A stretch of 30,804 bases of DNA from a virus. Its lineage: Duplodnaviria; Caudoviricetes. Numbering within the stretch: the stretch's first letter is position 1; each line of letters starts with the position of its first letter. Location of the stretch: the IMG/VR virus record IMGVR_UViG_3300047561_000230, positions 1-30,804 of that record. One strand, written 5' to 3'. Below are positions 7,906-16,498 of this stretch, one piece after another. A program made the position numbers and the translations under genes. The notes beneath the pieces were generated by a model. That model ran no database searches and was not told where the DNA came from. It was given only the letters and a program-made list of their open reading frames with translations.

Positions 7906-9785
7906 TAGGCTATATCACCAATGACTATCCAAGAATTTGCTGCAATCTTAAGACAAGTTGCCATTGAGTTAGCCACACGAAGTTTAGGTGTAGCACTTGT
8001 TGCACCTGTTGAAATAACAGTTGTAGTTCCTGGAGTAACTGCGCCTATTGTTGGTTGACCTGCGCCAGTTAGCCAAAACACATTAAACTGTGTGCCAATT
8101 GCAAAGTTAAAGGTAGCATCTGTTGGGATATTAAATTGAATTGAAGCAGCATTATTCATTGAGAACACGCCACCTTCATCACCTGTAACTGCAGTATATG
8201 CAGCAGTCTTAGCAGAGTATGTAAGAGTAATCTTTGGATTAGTAATTACTGGTGTTGTTAAAGTTGGAGATGTTGCAAACACCAAAGAACCAGTACCAGT
8301 CTCATCAGAGATAACTCCAGCAAGTTGAGCAGAAGTAGTTGCTGCGTGGACTGCAAGAGTATCTGTAGTTACCACTAAAGTTTTAGTAGATGGGATGGTT
8401 GTACCATTAATAGATGTAGCAGTAGCCACACCTAATACTGGAGTTACTAATGTTGGTGATGTATCTACTACAAATTTAGTACCAGTACCAGTTTGTGAAG
8501 CAATGCTAGTTGCAGCGCCTACAGATGTAATAGGGCCAGTTAAGTTGCTAGGTGCAACTGTTACGGTATCTACATAAGTTTTACTTGCTGCATCTGTTCC
8601 AACGGTTGCAAGACCAAGTCCTGTAATCTTATTAGTACCCATAGCAATAGCGCCAGTCATAGTGCCACCAGCAAGAGGTAACTTACCAGCAAGGGCAGTA
8701 GTTATTGTTGTTGAATAGTTAGCATCATTACCTAAGGCACTTGCTAATTCATTAAGAGTATCAAGTGCTCCAGGAGCACCATTAAGAAGGTCAGTAAGTT
8801 CTGTTTGAACATATGCAGTTGTAGCAATTTGAGTTGTATTTGTATTTGCTGCAGCAGTAGGAGCAAGTGGAACACCAGTTAATGTAGGACTTGCTAATGG
8901 AGCATAAGTACTTGCTGCAGTAGTAGTTGCTAATTTAGCATCTAACTGAGTTTGAATAGCAGAAGTTACTCCATCTACATATCCAATTTCAGTTGAAGAA
9001 ACAGTAGAAGATATACCAAGTTTTGTCCAATCAATTGCTGCTGCGGTATTTATATCAGCATTTACAATTGTATCATTAGCAATATCAGCAGAAGTAATAG
9101 TTCCTGCAAGACTTAACTTGCTGTAAGCAATAGCAGCAGAAGCATTAATATCAGCGTTAACAATCACGCCAGTACCAATGGCTGCTGTCATAGTAGCATT
9201 ACCAGTACCATCAAATGAACCAGTAGTTCCAGTTACATCTCCAGTAAGAGATATAGTTCTACCAGTTGCAAGGGCTGTAGCAGTAGCAGCAAGAGTTGCT
9301 GCACTAGCAGTACCAGTTAAGTTACCAGTTACGTTTCCTGTAAAAGTACCTGCAATAGCACCAGTACCAGTAATGGTTGGGCTAGTTAAAGTTTTGTTAG
9401 TTAAAGTTTGTGTGTTAGTTGTACCAACTACAGCGCCAGTTGCACCGTGTCCTGTGGTTGCTTCAATGTGGTCATTAGCCTCTTGCAGGTCACGACCAAC
9501 AACCATATGCCTAATTACTGCGCCAGCAGAGTGGGCTACACCAGTAGAACCATCAATGCCACGAGCAATTGTAAGGGTATTGCCAGATGAATAATTACTT
9601 ACATCTACAATTTCTTCAAGGGCTGTATCTGGGTCAATAACAACCGTATAGGTTTGACCTACTGTAGGTGTCTTACCACCCATAAGGTTTGCGCCAGAAC
9701 CTACCGTCATAGTTACATCACCAGATGTAATGCTACTAGATAGTGTGGTCTGTTGGGCTCGTGATGAGTATTTTCTAGTTGTCAT
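7905..9785 (-). CDS. Tail fibre protein (626 aa)
   Basis: Classical fibre motif APLASPTLTGVPLAPTAA..TTQIATTAYVQ..GAPGALDTLNELASALGND; Thr/Ala/Gly-rich with IVNADIN repeats. Confidence 0.85.
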   Translation of the reverse strand: MTTRKYSSRAQQTTLSSSITSGDVTMTVGSGANLMGGKTPTVGQTYTVVIDPDTALEEIVDVSNYSSGNTLTIARGIDGSTGVAHSAGAVIRHMVVGRDLQEANDHIEATTGHGATGAVVGTTNTQTLTNKTLTSPTITGTGAIAGTFTGNVTGNLTGTASAATLAATATALATGRTISLTGDVTGTTGSFDGTGNATMTAAIGTGVIVNADINASAAIAYSKLSLAGTITSADIANDTIVNADINTAAAIDWTKLGISSTVSSTEIGYVDGVTSAIQTQLDAKLATTTAASTYAPLASPTLTGVPLAPTAAANTNTTQIATTAYVQTELTDLLNGAPGALDTLNELASALGNDANYSTTITTALAGKLPLAGGTMTGAIAMGTNKITGLGLATVGTDAASKTYVDTVTVAPSNLTGPITSVGAATSIASQTGTGTKFVVDTSPTLVTPVLGVATATSINGTTIPSTKTLVVTTDTLAVHAATTSAQLAGVISDETGTGSLVFATSPTLTTPVITNPKITLTYSAKTAAYTAVTGDEGGVFSMNNAASIQFNIPTDATFNFAIGTQFNVFWLTGAGQPTIGAVTPGTTTVISTGATSATPKLRVANSMATCLKIAANSWIVIGDIA

Positions 9786-9797
9786 TTATGTTCCTAT

Positions 9798-10727
9798 TTA
9801 GAGGGAGTAGTGGACACGGATAGGATATTTGTTTTCTTGCTTTTTAATTTCTTCGGCTAGTCGTTGACTATACAAAGCGTAAATACTTTTAGTAAGAGAT
9901 TGAGATGAACCATATGGGCGTTTGCTATCTGTTTCATCAGCCTGTGGGCTAACCATTGAAGCACGTGCTGGGTCTAGGTTAGTAAGCAAACGATATGTAG
10001 CCCCAAGGATTGTTAAATCTTTACAAGAGTCAGGCAATCCAGTTTGTGTTGCAAAGTCTTGAGCATTGGTAGTAAATACATCAGGGTCTGTAGAGTAAAC
10101 AATTTGAATAGTACGACCAGAAGGAACACGGTCATAGATTGATATAGTCTGGCCACTAGTAAATGCAGTACTGTTAGCATTATTGTCTAGTCGCCAGGAA
10201 CGAATAGGAATCCACTCTTTGCTAGCACCAATTGATTGATAAGCAACTGCTAGGACATTACGAATATTTAATGAGTCACCAGTAGCAGGTAATCTAAAGG
10301 CTGCAACGGCAGCATTAGAAGTAATAGTAGTTGTAGAAGCAGCAAAAATACTAGAGCCTAAAGCATTGATAGTATCGTTGATTGCTCTCTTAATTGTAAA
10401 TCTTGGGAAAGTTGGAGAAATAGTTACTTTAGCATCAGCATCGTGTGTAGCAGCAGTAGTTCCTAGGTATCCTCTACCATATGGGGCAACGGTTGCAGTG
10501 TTACCAACTCGGTCATAGGTATCTATCCAAAGCAACTCTTCATCAATCTCTACTATGCCCTTACCTACGTTATCTGTTGAGCCTAGGCTAAGAGATGTAG
10601 GAGATGCACTAGATGATGTGGTTGTAGTAACAGCAGTCTTAAGATAGGTAGAACGGTCTTGAGTTAACGTGTATCCAGATAAGTTCATAGATACTTCATT
10701 AATCATATCAGTTAATGTGGTTGCCAT
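9798..10727 (-). CDS. Putative head-tail adaptor / tail tubular protein A (309 aa)
   Basis: Helical termini around a beta core; position before the fibre gene. Function inferred. Confidence 0.5.
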   Translation of the reverse strand: MATTLTDMINEVSMNLSGYTLTQDRSTYLKTAVTTTTSSSASPTSLSLGSTDNVGKGIVEIDEELLWIDTYDRVGNTATVAPYGRGYLGTTAATHDADAKVTISPTFPRFTIKRAINDTINALGSSIFAASTTTITSNAAVAAFRLPATGDSLNIRNVLAVAYQSIGASKEWIPIRSWRLDNNANSTAFTSGQTISIYDRVPSGRTIQIVYSTDPDVFTTNAQDFATQTGLPDSCKDLTILGATYRLLTNLDPARASMVSPQADETDSKRPYGSSQSLTKSIYALYSQRLAEEIKKQENKYPIRVHYSL

Positions 10728-10981
10728 TATACGTTTATGCTCCTTAATGCAACAACTGCTTCTTTACCAGTTGTACCTGCAATTTCATTACATACAGCAT
10801 TAAGACCTTTATAGTCATTAGGTTGACGGACAGCACTAGCCTTTATATTAAGAGCACCAATGAGTCCTTTACCAGATGTGCTGGCATATGCATTAGCCGC
10901 ACCTTGGTTTGCCTTACCAGTTGTACCCGCAAGACGATTAAGTTCTGCGTTTAAACTGCTACCATCTTTACCGAGTGCCAT
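10727..10981 (-). CDS. Hypothetical small protein (84 aa) with internal repeat
   Basis: LNAELNRLAGTTGK and LNAVCNEIAGTTGK duplication; coupled stop/start. Confidence 0.7.
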   Translation of the reverse strand: MALGKDGSSLNAELNRLAGTTGKANQGAANAYASTSGKGLIGALNIKASAVRQPNDYKGLNAVCNEIAGTTGKEAVVALRSINV

Positions 10982-10989
10982 TATTTATC

Positions 10990-11718
10990 CTATCTAGGTG
11001 TAATGATTTTTGACTTAGGTTTTTCTTCAGCCTTGCCAAAAAATGCTTTATAATAATGTTCATCAAAAGAAAATCGTTTCATATGCGGGGCTAACGCTCC
11101 AGTATGACAGTGAAGTGGAACCTCTGCCTTATCGCATAATGCAAAGAAGAATATATCTTCTCCTATAAATTTAGTGCCTCTACCCATTTCCATAAACATC
11201 TGGCCATCAGGGGCTACGGCTTTAACCTTTTCAACTATACTTCGGTGCATAAGGATAAATCCAAATCCTGCTGCATCAACTTTAATTAGTTGATTCTCTG
11301 GCAAAGGATGTACTCTGGATAAACCAAATGTACCATCACCTTTATTGGTAAAACTAAATACAGTAGGCATTGGAACCATCAAAGGTTCCTCGGGATTATC
11401 TGTAGTAAAGTATACTCCAGAAACTAATGGACGCTCTTTAGCATCTTTGTTGTCCCATAATAATCTAAATGTTTCTGGACTAATTACTACATCTGAGTCT
11501 ACCCATAGTAACCAGTCAGACTTAGATTTCTCATACCAGTAATCAATTACTGTCTGTCTTTGTCTAGCAATCTGATTTCCTTGACTTCGTAGCGTTGAAC
11601 TAAAAGTTACTCCAGACTTTAACATTACATCTGTTACGCCTTGCATAAACTTTCCATCTACCATACCATTATCGCACCAAGCGATTGATACTGTCTCTTG
11701 CATAGTCCCCCCAGACAT
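10990..11718 (-). CDS. GT-A fold glycosyltransferase (242 aa)
   Basis: Motifs IARQRQ, WLLWVDSD (DxD), AAGFGFILMHR, GEDIFF and a C-terminal H.K. Start could instead be the second Met (MQETV). Confidence 0.82.
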   Translation of the reverse strand: MSGGTMQETVSIAWCDNGMVDGKFMQGVTDVMLKSGVTFSSTLRSQGNQIARQRQTVIDYWYEKSKSDWLLWVDSDVVISPETFRLLWDNKDAKERPLVSGVYFTTDNPEEPLMVPMPTVFSFTNKGDGTFGLSRVHPLPENQLIKVDAAGFGFILMHRSIVEKVKAVAPDGQMFMEMGRGTKFIGEDIFFFALCDKAEVPLHCHTGALAPHMKRFSFDEHYYKAFFGKAEEKPKSKIITPR

Positions 11719-12008
11719 TACTTCTTTCCTTTATTTCTTTTAGATATTGCTGCTGCCTTGCTCTTAGCATCAGCCTTTGAACTAGCACCCCAGGCTTGTA
11801 GTGATAGTAATAATCTTGTTGGTTCTCCATTAGGCTTACGTTCAGGTCCTGGCATTCCGCCCATACGGGCCAAGAATGAGGCTCTACGGGGGTTATCACC
11901 GCTTTTTACAGGAGGCTTGAGGGTTCCACCCTTATAGGATGCTCTACCCTTTGCATTCAGGCCACCTGCAGGATTCTTACCTTCTTTGCGAGTCCACGCT
12001 GCGGTCAT
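11718..12008 (-). CDS. Small basic phage protein (DUF6321-like, 96 aa)
   Basis: AWTRKEGKNPAGGLNAKGRAS...RRASFLARMGG...LSLQAWG pattern recognised from memory. Confidence 0.65.
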   Translation of the reverse strand: MTAAWTRKEGKNPAGGLNAKGRASYKGGTLKPPVKSGDNPRRASFLARMGGMPGPERKPNGEPTRLLLSLQAWGASSKADAKSKAAAISKRNKGKK

Positions 12009-12163
12009 TTCTTGCCCCTTGCAACCGCCGCATTATCTACAAGGTTTGGATAAGGTCTACCTGCGGCCTTGGCTCTAGCCTTAGCAGCAGATTTCTGTGA
12101 TGGTGTTAATTTACTTGATGTCTTCTTGGGATTTTTTTTATCCCAAAATGCTACTTTTTTCAT
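12005..12163 (-). CDS. Small basic protein (52 aa), not in the ORF track
   Basis: MKKVAFWDKKNPKKTSSKLTPSQKSAAKARAKAAGRPYPNLVDNAAVARGKK; ATGA overlaps at both ends and AAGGGG RBS. Confidence 0.8.
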   Translation of the reverse strand: MKKVAFWDKKNPKKTSSKLTPSQKSAAKARAKAAGRPYPNLVDNAAVARGKK

Positions 12164-12303
12164 TTGTTCCCCTTAATTATATCCCCAGTTTTGGGGTCTC
12201 TTTGGACTTTGACAGTTCCATCCTTACGGAGGGTAAGGATGAGACCATCCCGCATAATAGTTTTATTAAAACCATCACTGCGTACAAATTGACCCGATGA
12301 CAT
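12160..12303 (-). CDS. Small protein (47 aa), not in the ORF track
   Basis: MSSGQFVRSDGFNKTIMRDGLILTLRKDGTVKVQRDPKTGDIIKGNK; GGAG RBS; fills the gap exactly. Confidence 0.7.
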   Translation of the reverse strand: MSSGQFVRSDGFNKTIMRDGLILTLRKDGTVKVQRDPKTGDIIKGNK

Positions 12304-12306
12304 TAA

Positions 12307-12684
12307 TTAATCTCCGCGTTTTTGACGCCAAGACTTACGCTCAATAACTTTCTTACCAGATCTAGTTGACTCTGCTACTGGACGAGTTCCCATATTTTTT
12401 CTTGAGTATGACTCATCGGTTGGCACAGTTGCCTTGCCAGCCAGTCTATTTTCTCTTACATTAGCAGCAGATGAAATTGGACCAGGTGAAGCCTTTGGCT
12501 TGTATAAAGAATTCATCTTACTAGTATCTGAAGCCTTTGTGCGTGGCTTTGATTTCTTAGGCTCATAAGATGCTAGAGCAGAAGGAGATCCTTGTCTTGA
12601 CTCTAAATATGCTCCATAATTAGTTGTTGCTGATGGTGAGTTTGATGTGCGTGATTCTTGATATGCACCGTATTCAGTTGCCAT
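12307..12684 (-). CDS. Basic, likely disordered protein (125 aa)
   Basis: Ser/Lys/Arg-rich, with repeat YGAYQESR / YGAYLESR. Confidence 0.7.
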   Translation of the reverse strand: MATEYGAYQESRTSNSPSATTNYGAYLESRQGSPSALASYEPKKSKPRTKASDTSKMNSLYKPKASPGPISSAANVRENRLAGKATVPTDESYSRKNMGTRPVAESTRSGKKVIERKSWRQKRGD

Positions 12685-12858
12685 TTATTTACCTTTCGTA
12701 TTTCTGCTTTTCATAAGTTCCGCATCTGACGGATACTTGCCTTTATTTTTCTTAGCATACGCAGCACGTTCTGCCATAAGTTTAGCAAGTGCTATCTCTT
12801 GTGGAGTAGACTTTGCAACCTTGGCTTTTAATGCTGGGGCTGGATTAAGAGGGTACAT
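12685..12858 (-). CDS. Small basic protein (57 aa), not in the ORF track
   Basis: MYPLNPAPALKAKVAKSTPQEIALAKLMAERAAYAKKNKGKYPSDAELMKSRNTKGK; abuts both neighbours. Confidence 0.7.
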   Translation of the reverse strand: MYPLNPAPALKAKVAKSTPQEIALAKLMAERAAYAKKNKGKYPSDAELMKSRNTKGK

Positions 12859-12859
12859 A

Positions 12860-13009
12860 TTACTTCTTCTTGCCCATCTTCTTCATACCCATTTTCATTT
12901 CTTTTGCTTTCATAGATTTTGACTCCATACCTTCGCCTTTAGCGTAAGCCTTTGCGGCTTTCTTACCTTTTGCGGTGTATGGGAATTTTTTGTTTCCTAC
13001 TTTTGGCAT
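12860..13009 (-). CDS. Small Lys/Met-rich protein (49 aa), not in the ORF track
   Basis: MPKVGNKKFPYTAKGKKAAKAYAKGEGMESKSMKAKEMKMGMKKMGKKK; TAATG coupling to the upstream gene. Confidence 0.8.
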   Translation of the reverse strand: MPKVGNKKFPYTAKGKKAAKAYAKGEGMESKSMKAKEMKMGMKKMGKKK

Positions 13010-13317
13010 TATATTTGACCTATCTCTTTGAGTACTTCTACGGATTTTTTATTTATATTTGCTGCTTTAGGCATAGTCTCTGAATTATAGGCTTGACCTA
13101 AAGTCTCAGATGCTTCGTGTGCTGCTATTATGTCTTTCATTCTGGTACCAGCAGGTTGTATCCCTTGTGACCTAGCATCACGATATGCCTGTAGTTCAGA
13201 ATTCCATTTCTTATCTGGTATATCTCTTGTAGCATCTCCAGAGTTCATCTGAAGTCCTAACCCTTTACAACCAAAGCAACCCTCTATTGGTTCAGGGTGA
13301 TGCTCCCAATGTTTCAT
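13009..13317 (-). CDS. Hypothetical protein with N-terminal His/CxxC motif (102 aa)
   Basis: HWEHHP...CFGCK, a possible metal site; GGGA RBS. Confidence 0.72.
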   Translation of the reverse strand: MKHWEHHPEPIEGCFGCKGLGLQMNSGDATRDIPDKKWNSELQAYRDARSQGIQPAGTRMKDIIAAHEASETLGQAYNSETMPKAANINKKSVEVLKEIGQI

Positions 13318-13323
13318 ATGTCC

Positions 13324-13599
13324 CTACTCTGCTGTGAAGTTACTTGCCGTTATCCCTATTCCCGCTGCTATCATTGCTGTTCTAATAGCATCAGTAATTC
13401 CAGTATGTATAAGACCACCCATATAGTAGGCAGTATAAGTTTCTAAATCATCGTGTGTTGGATATTGAGTTAACGAATATACTCCAGCATTATTAATAAC
13501 TGTATAGGCTTTATCTCTTTGGGCAAAGAATTGGAACAGTCTATGGTTACCTATTAACCCTTGTTGAAGAGTTGGGGTAAGAAATTTATATGTTGCCAT
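13324..13599 (-). CDS. Hypothetical protein after the capsid gene (91 aa)
   Basis: Strong AAGGAG RBS. Confidence 0.75.
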   Translation of the reverse strand: MATYKFLTPTLQQGLIGNHRLFQFFAQRDKAYTVINNAGVYSLTQYPTHDDLETYTAYYMGGLIHTGITDAIRTAMIAAGIGITASNFTAE

Positions 13600-13622
13600 T
13601 GTTCTCCTTTAATAGACTTACT

Positions 13623-13650
13623 GTAAGGCTAGAGTTTCCCCTAGCCCTAC
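13623..13650 (-). terminator. Stem-loop after the major capsid gene (partial terminator or 3' stabiliser)
   Basis: GTAGGGCTAGGG-GAAA-CTCTAGCCTTAC: 12-bp stem with G-U pairs and a GNRA loop, no U tract. Confidence 0.6.
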
Positions 13651-13660
13651 CGTCAATCAA

Positions 13661-14614
13661 TTAAGCGATTGATGAACCAGACTCAATACGATACAAGGCT
13701 GCTTCGCGGTAACGCTTGAAGCCAAGAACGCCGTACCAGCCCATTGGGCGGAAACGCATAAGTTGGTCAATAACTGGACCGATAACTACGTGTGGCTCTT
13801 CAGCAACGGCTTCTGCCATTGCTTGCTGACCAGCAATAATTGTACGGTAGTTACGTGCAGATGATGCTCCGTCTAAAGCATTGTATAGACGTGCAGACTC
13901 TACGAAATAAGCACCCTCATAGGTACCAATTTCTCCTGCCCAGATACGGTCTTGTGCAGAGCCGTATTGGTTAGGAAGTAACCATCCTGCTGAACCTGTT
14001 TCAGCACGAAGGTCGTGTGAAACCTCTGGGTGAATTCCAGCCCAGTATAGAGAACCCTTACGGGCTACAGACTTACCAGCACGTAACTTAGCAACGGCCT
14101 TGCGGACGTTTGCTGAAGAAATAGTTGCTGCTGCTGTAATGGTTGCAGTAGATGTTGCAGTTGAACCTGAGTAAATTACGTTGGTTCCGCCACGAAGTTC
14201 TGTCATAGCGACAGAATCAATTGAATCTGCAAGGTTGAATGCAATGATATTAGCAATTGCTGGGTCTACATCAGCAAGGCTGAATAGTTCCAAAGCACGT
14301 GTTACTAATACTGAGTTACCGTACTCGTTAAGAGTTACAGTAACTGATGTTGGGGTACCTAGTGCTACAGAGTCACGCTCTGTTGCTTCGGTTAACGCAG
14401 TTGCCTGCGCTGCTAAATCTGCGTATAATTGTAGAACTACGGTTGAGCCAGGAATTGCCTGCTTTGCAGGACGCTTGTCAGCGACACTACGAATAAGGGG
14501 TTCTGAACGCAACGCGAATTCTAACAGTCTGTCATACGCTGTCTGTACTAAACCAGCGCTACCAGCGGTTCCGCCGAGTGTTGCTGAGCCTGTACTTGAA
14601 TAGGCATTAGCCAT
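13661..14614 (-). CDS. Major capsid protein (N4-gp56-like family, 317 aa)
   Basis: Motifs VTVTLNEYGN, GIHPEVSHDLR, GEIGTYEGAYFVES and DQLMRFRPMGWYG; GGAGGTG RBS; follows the scaffold gene. Confidence 0.9.
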   Translation of the reverse strand: MANAYSSTGSATLGGTAGSAGLVQTAYDRLLEFALRSEPLIRSVADKRPAKQAIPGSTVVLQLYADLAAQATALTEATERDSVALGTPTSVTVTLNEYGNSVLVTRALELFSLADVDPAIANIIAFNLADSIDSVAMTELRGGTNVIYSGSTATSTATITAAATISSANVRKAVAKLRAGKSVARKGSLYWAGIHPEVSHDLRAETGSAGWLLPNQYGSAQDRIWAGEIGTYEGAYFVESARLYNALDGASSARNYRTIIAGQQAMAEAVAEEPHVVIGPVIDQLMRFRPMGWYGVLGFKRYREAALYRIESGSSIA

Positions 14615-14651
14615 TGTTCACCTCCAAGGTGATTAAGAATTACTATGGATA

Positions 14652-15128
14652 TTAATTGCCTTGAATTAATGCAGTCAGTTCTTCTGCGTTAGCCGCATTC
14701 ATAACTCTGTTCAATAAATCTTGGGCTTTGTCAGGGGTCGTACCTAACTGAGTAACTACATCTTGCTGCCGTAAGGCTGCTCGATTAAGTTCTTGTTCTT
14801 GGTTTACCTGAGGCTCTTTTGTTAATCCAAACAAATCGCCGTTATCATCAAGCCAGTTATTAACTGACTCTTCGTTAACGTCTTCTAAGTCTTTAAGGAT
14901 TAAACGTTGTGCCTTTGGATTGACACCCTTCTTGTCTAGGACATCTTTGACTATACGCTCACGCTGCGACTTGGATAATCCCTCAAGTTGCTCAGTGAGT
15001 TCCTTGATACGCTTCTCATCGTTACGCTTGGCTTTCCGCAATTTTTTAAGTAAATCGCTTCCATCCATCTGCGCCTCGTTGTCGGTATCTAGGTCGTCTT
15101 CGTCTTCATCCCAGTAGTTGTTGCTCAT
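14652..15128 (-). CDS. Capsid scaffolding protein (158 aa)
   Basis: Acidic N-terminus, coiled coil, directly upstream of the capsid gene. Start set at ATG 15128 (MSNNYW) behind GAAGGGTGG. Confidence 0.75.
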   Translation of the reverse strand: MSNNYWDEDEDDLDTDNEAQMDGSDLLKKLRKAKRNDEKRIKELTEQLEGLSKSQRERIVKDVLDKKGVNPKAQRLILKDLEDVNEESVNNWLDDNGDLFGLTKEPQVNQEQELNRAALRQQDVVTQLGTTPDKAQDLLNRVMNAANAEELTALIQGN

Positions 15129-15151
15129 AGCAACCCACCCTTCTATTCGTT

Positions 15152-15239
15152 GTAGTCGCAAGCCTCAGGTTCCAATCGGGGAATCGGTCTGGATCTTGCT
15201 ACCAGTCTTTTACGCTGTGTGGGCTGGTAGGTCACACAG
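15152..15239 (-). promoter_or_regulatory. Structured RNA leader: H-type pseudoknot plus multi-stem domain
   Basis: P1 CTGTGTG/CACACAG and P2 CTACCAG/CTGGTAG, each 7 perfect bp, followed by GCAAG/CTTGC enclosing CCGATT-CCCC-GATTGG. Confidence 0.6.
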
Positions 15240-15247
15240 GATTCTAT

Positions 15248-16498
15248 TTAGAACTGGCCTGCGCCAGATGTTCTATTCAGGTAATTGGTATTTACGCTAG
15301 CCTTTGAAGTACCAGTATCGCTACCAAATTGTGCTTGTTCAAGTGCTATCAATGCTTTCTTCTTACGCTCTTCAGATGCTAATCCCTGTAGTGTATCCTT
15401 CTCGGCTTCTAACATACCATACTTTTCGGACTGTCCAGAATATATTGAACTAAACTTTTCTGCTTGAGGAAGTTCTTGGGCAATTGTTTTATAGCCAACC
15501 TCTGCCTGTGCCTTGGTCAAACCTTGTTGAGCAAGCACATCAGCACCAACAGTCATATCTGTTGCTGCTTGGCTTATGTTAGTAAAGCCTTGACGTAGTG
15601 CAGCGCCACCTATCTCAGCAGCCTTAACCTTACGCTCAAGATCTGGTAGTTGGTTAACTGGATCAAGCATAGCGGTTACGATATCACCAAGACCTAATGA
15701 TGGATAAAACTTCTTAAATGCTGTATTAACTGGATCATCACTTAATACTCTATCATATGCTAACTGAACTCTATCTGTTAACTCAGTTGCCGATATGTCA
15801 CTAGTGATAAACTTATCATAGTATCCTTGATTACTGAACTTAGTTAAACCATAAGCGGAAAAGACCTTCTTGTAACTTTCCTCAGTCTTTAAGTAATCTC
15901 CTGGAGAAAGGACAGATAGTCCAGCCTTTTGTCTAGCAACGTTACCAGCAAATCTTTCATTAAATTTAGTATTATATCTAGGGTCAAACTGTAGTAATGA
16001 GAGTAATTCATCGCTACGTGCCTCAGGATATTCATCGCGTATTGCTGAAAGAACACCCGCTAGTCCAGTAATGCCATAGGATTGTAGGATATTTCCTATA
16101 GTATCATATGCTGCATTAGGCGTAATTGTTTTATTAACAACAGGAGGCGTAATAGGAGGTGTAACGGGAGGTGTAACGGGAGGTGTAGTTCCACCACCAC
16201 CATCTAAGCCTGCCTTGTATTGGTCAAGAAGAGCATCTCTTGCGGCTGTTATATCTGCCAATTGTTTTTGTGCGTCATTAAAATCTTTTAATAATCCAGC
16301 CTTATCTGCGGCAGACAAACCATTACTTGTTGGTTTTTTAACAACAGTATTAGACGCAGGAGAACCATAAAGGTTTAATGTTTGAGTAAATGATGGGGCA
16401 GGTTTAGCAATAACCGCAGGTGTTCCTACTTTAGTAGGAGTTGCTTTGGCGGCATCAAGTTTAGCCTTCTGTACTGACGGAACTATTAAGCCTGCCAT
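15248..16498 (-). CDS. Putative internal virion (ejection) protein (416 aa)
   Basis: Largely helical with a TPPV repeat linker; position between portal and scaffold. Confidence 0.5.
   Translation of the reverse strand: MAGLIVPSVQKAKLDAAKATPTKVGTPAVIAKPAPSFTQTLNLYGSPASNTVVKKPTSNGLSAADKAGLLKDFNDAQKQLADITAARDALLDQYKAGLDGGGGTTPPVTPPVTPPITPPVVNKTITPNAAYDTIGNILQSYGITGLAGVLSAIRDEYPEARSDELLSLLQFDPRYNTKFNERFAGNVARQKAGLSVLSPGDYLKTEESYKKVFSAYGLTKFSNQGYYDKFITSDISATELTDRVQLAYDRVLSDDPVNTAFKKFYPSLGLGDIVTAMLDPVNQLPDLERKVKAAEIGGAALRQGFTNISQAATDMTVGADVLAQQGLTKAQAEVGYKTIAQELPQAEKFSSIYSGQSEKYGMLEAEKDTLQGLASEERKKKALIALEQAQFGSDTGTSKASVNTNYLNRTSGAGQF

Noticed and set aside
16142-16189. 12-bp tandem repeat
   Set aside because: It simply encodes the TPPV/TPPI proline linker of the 416-aa protein.
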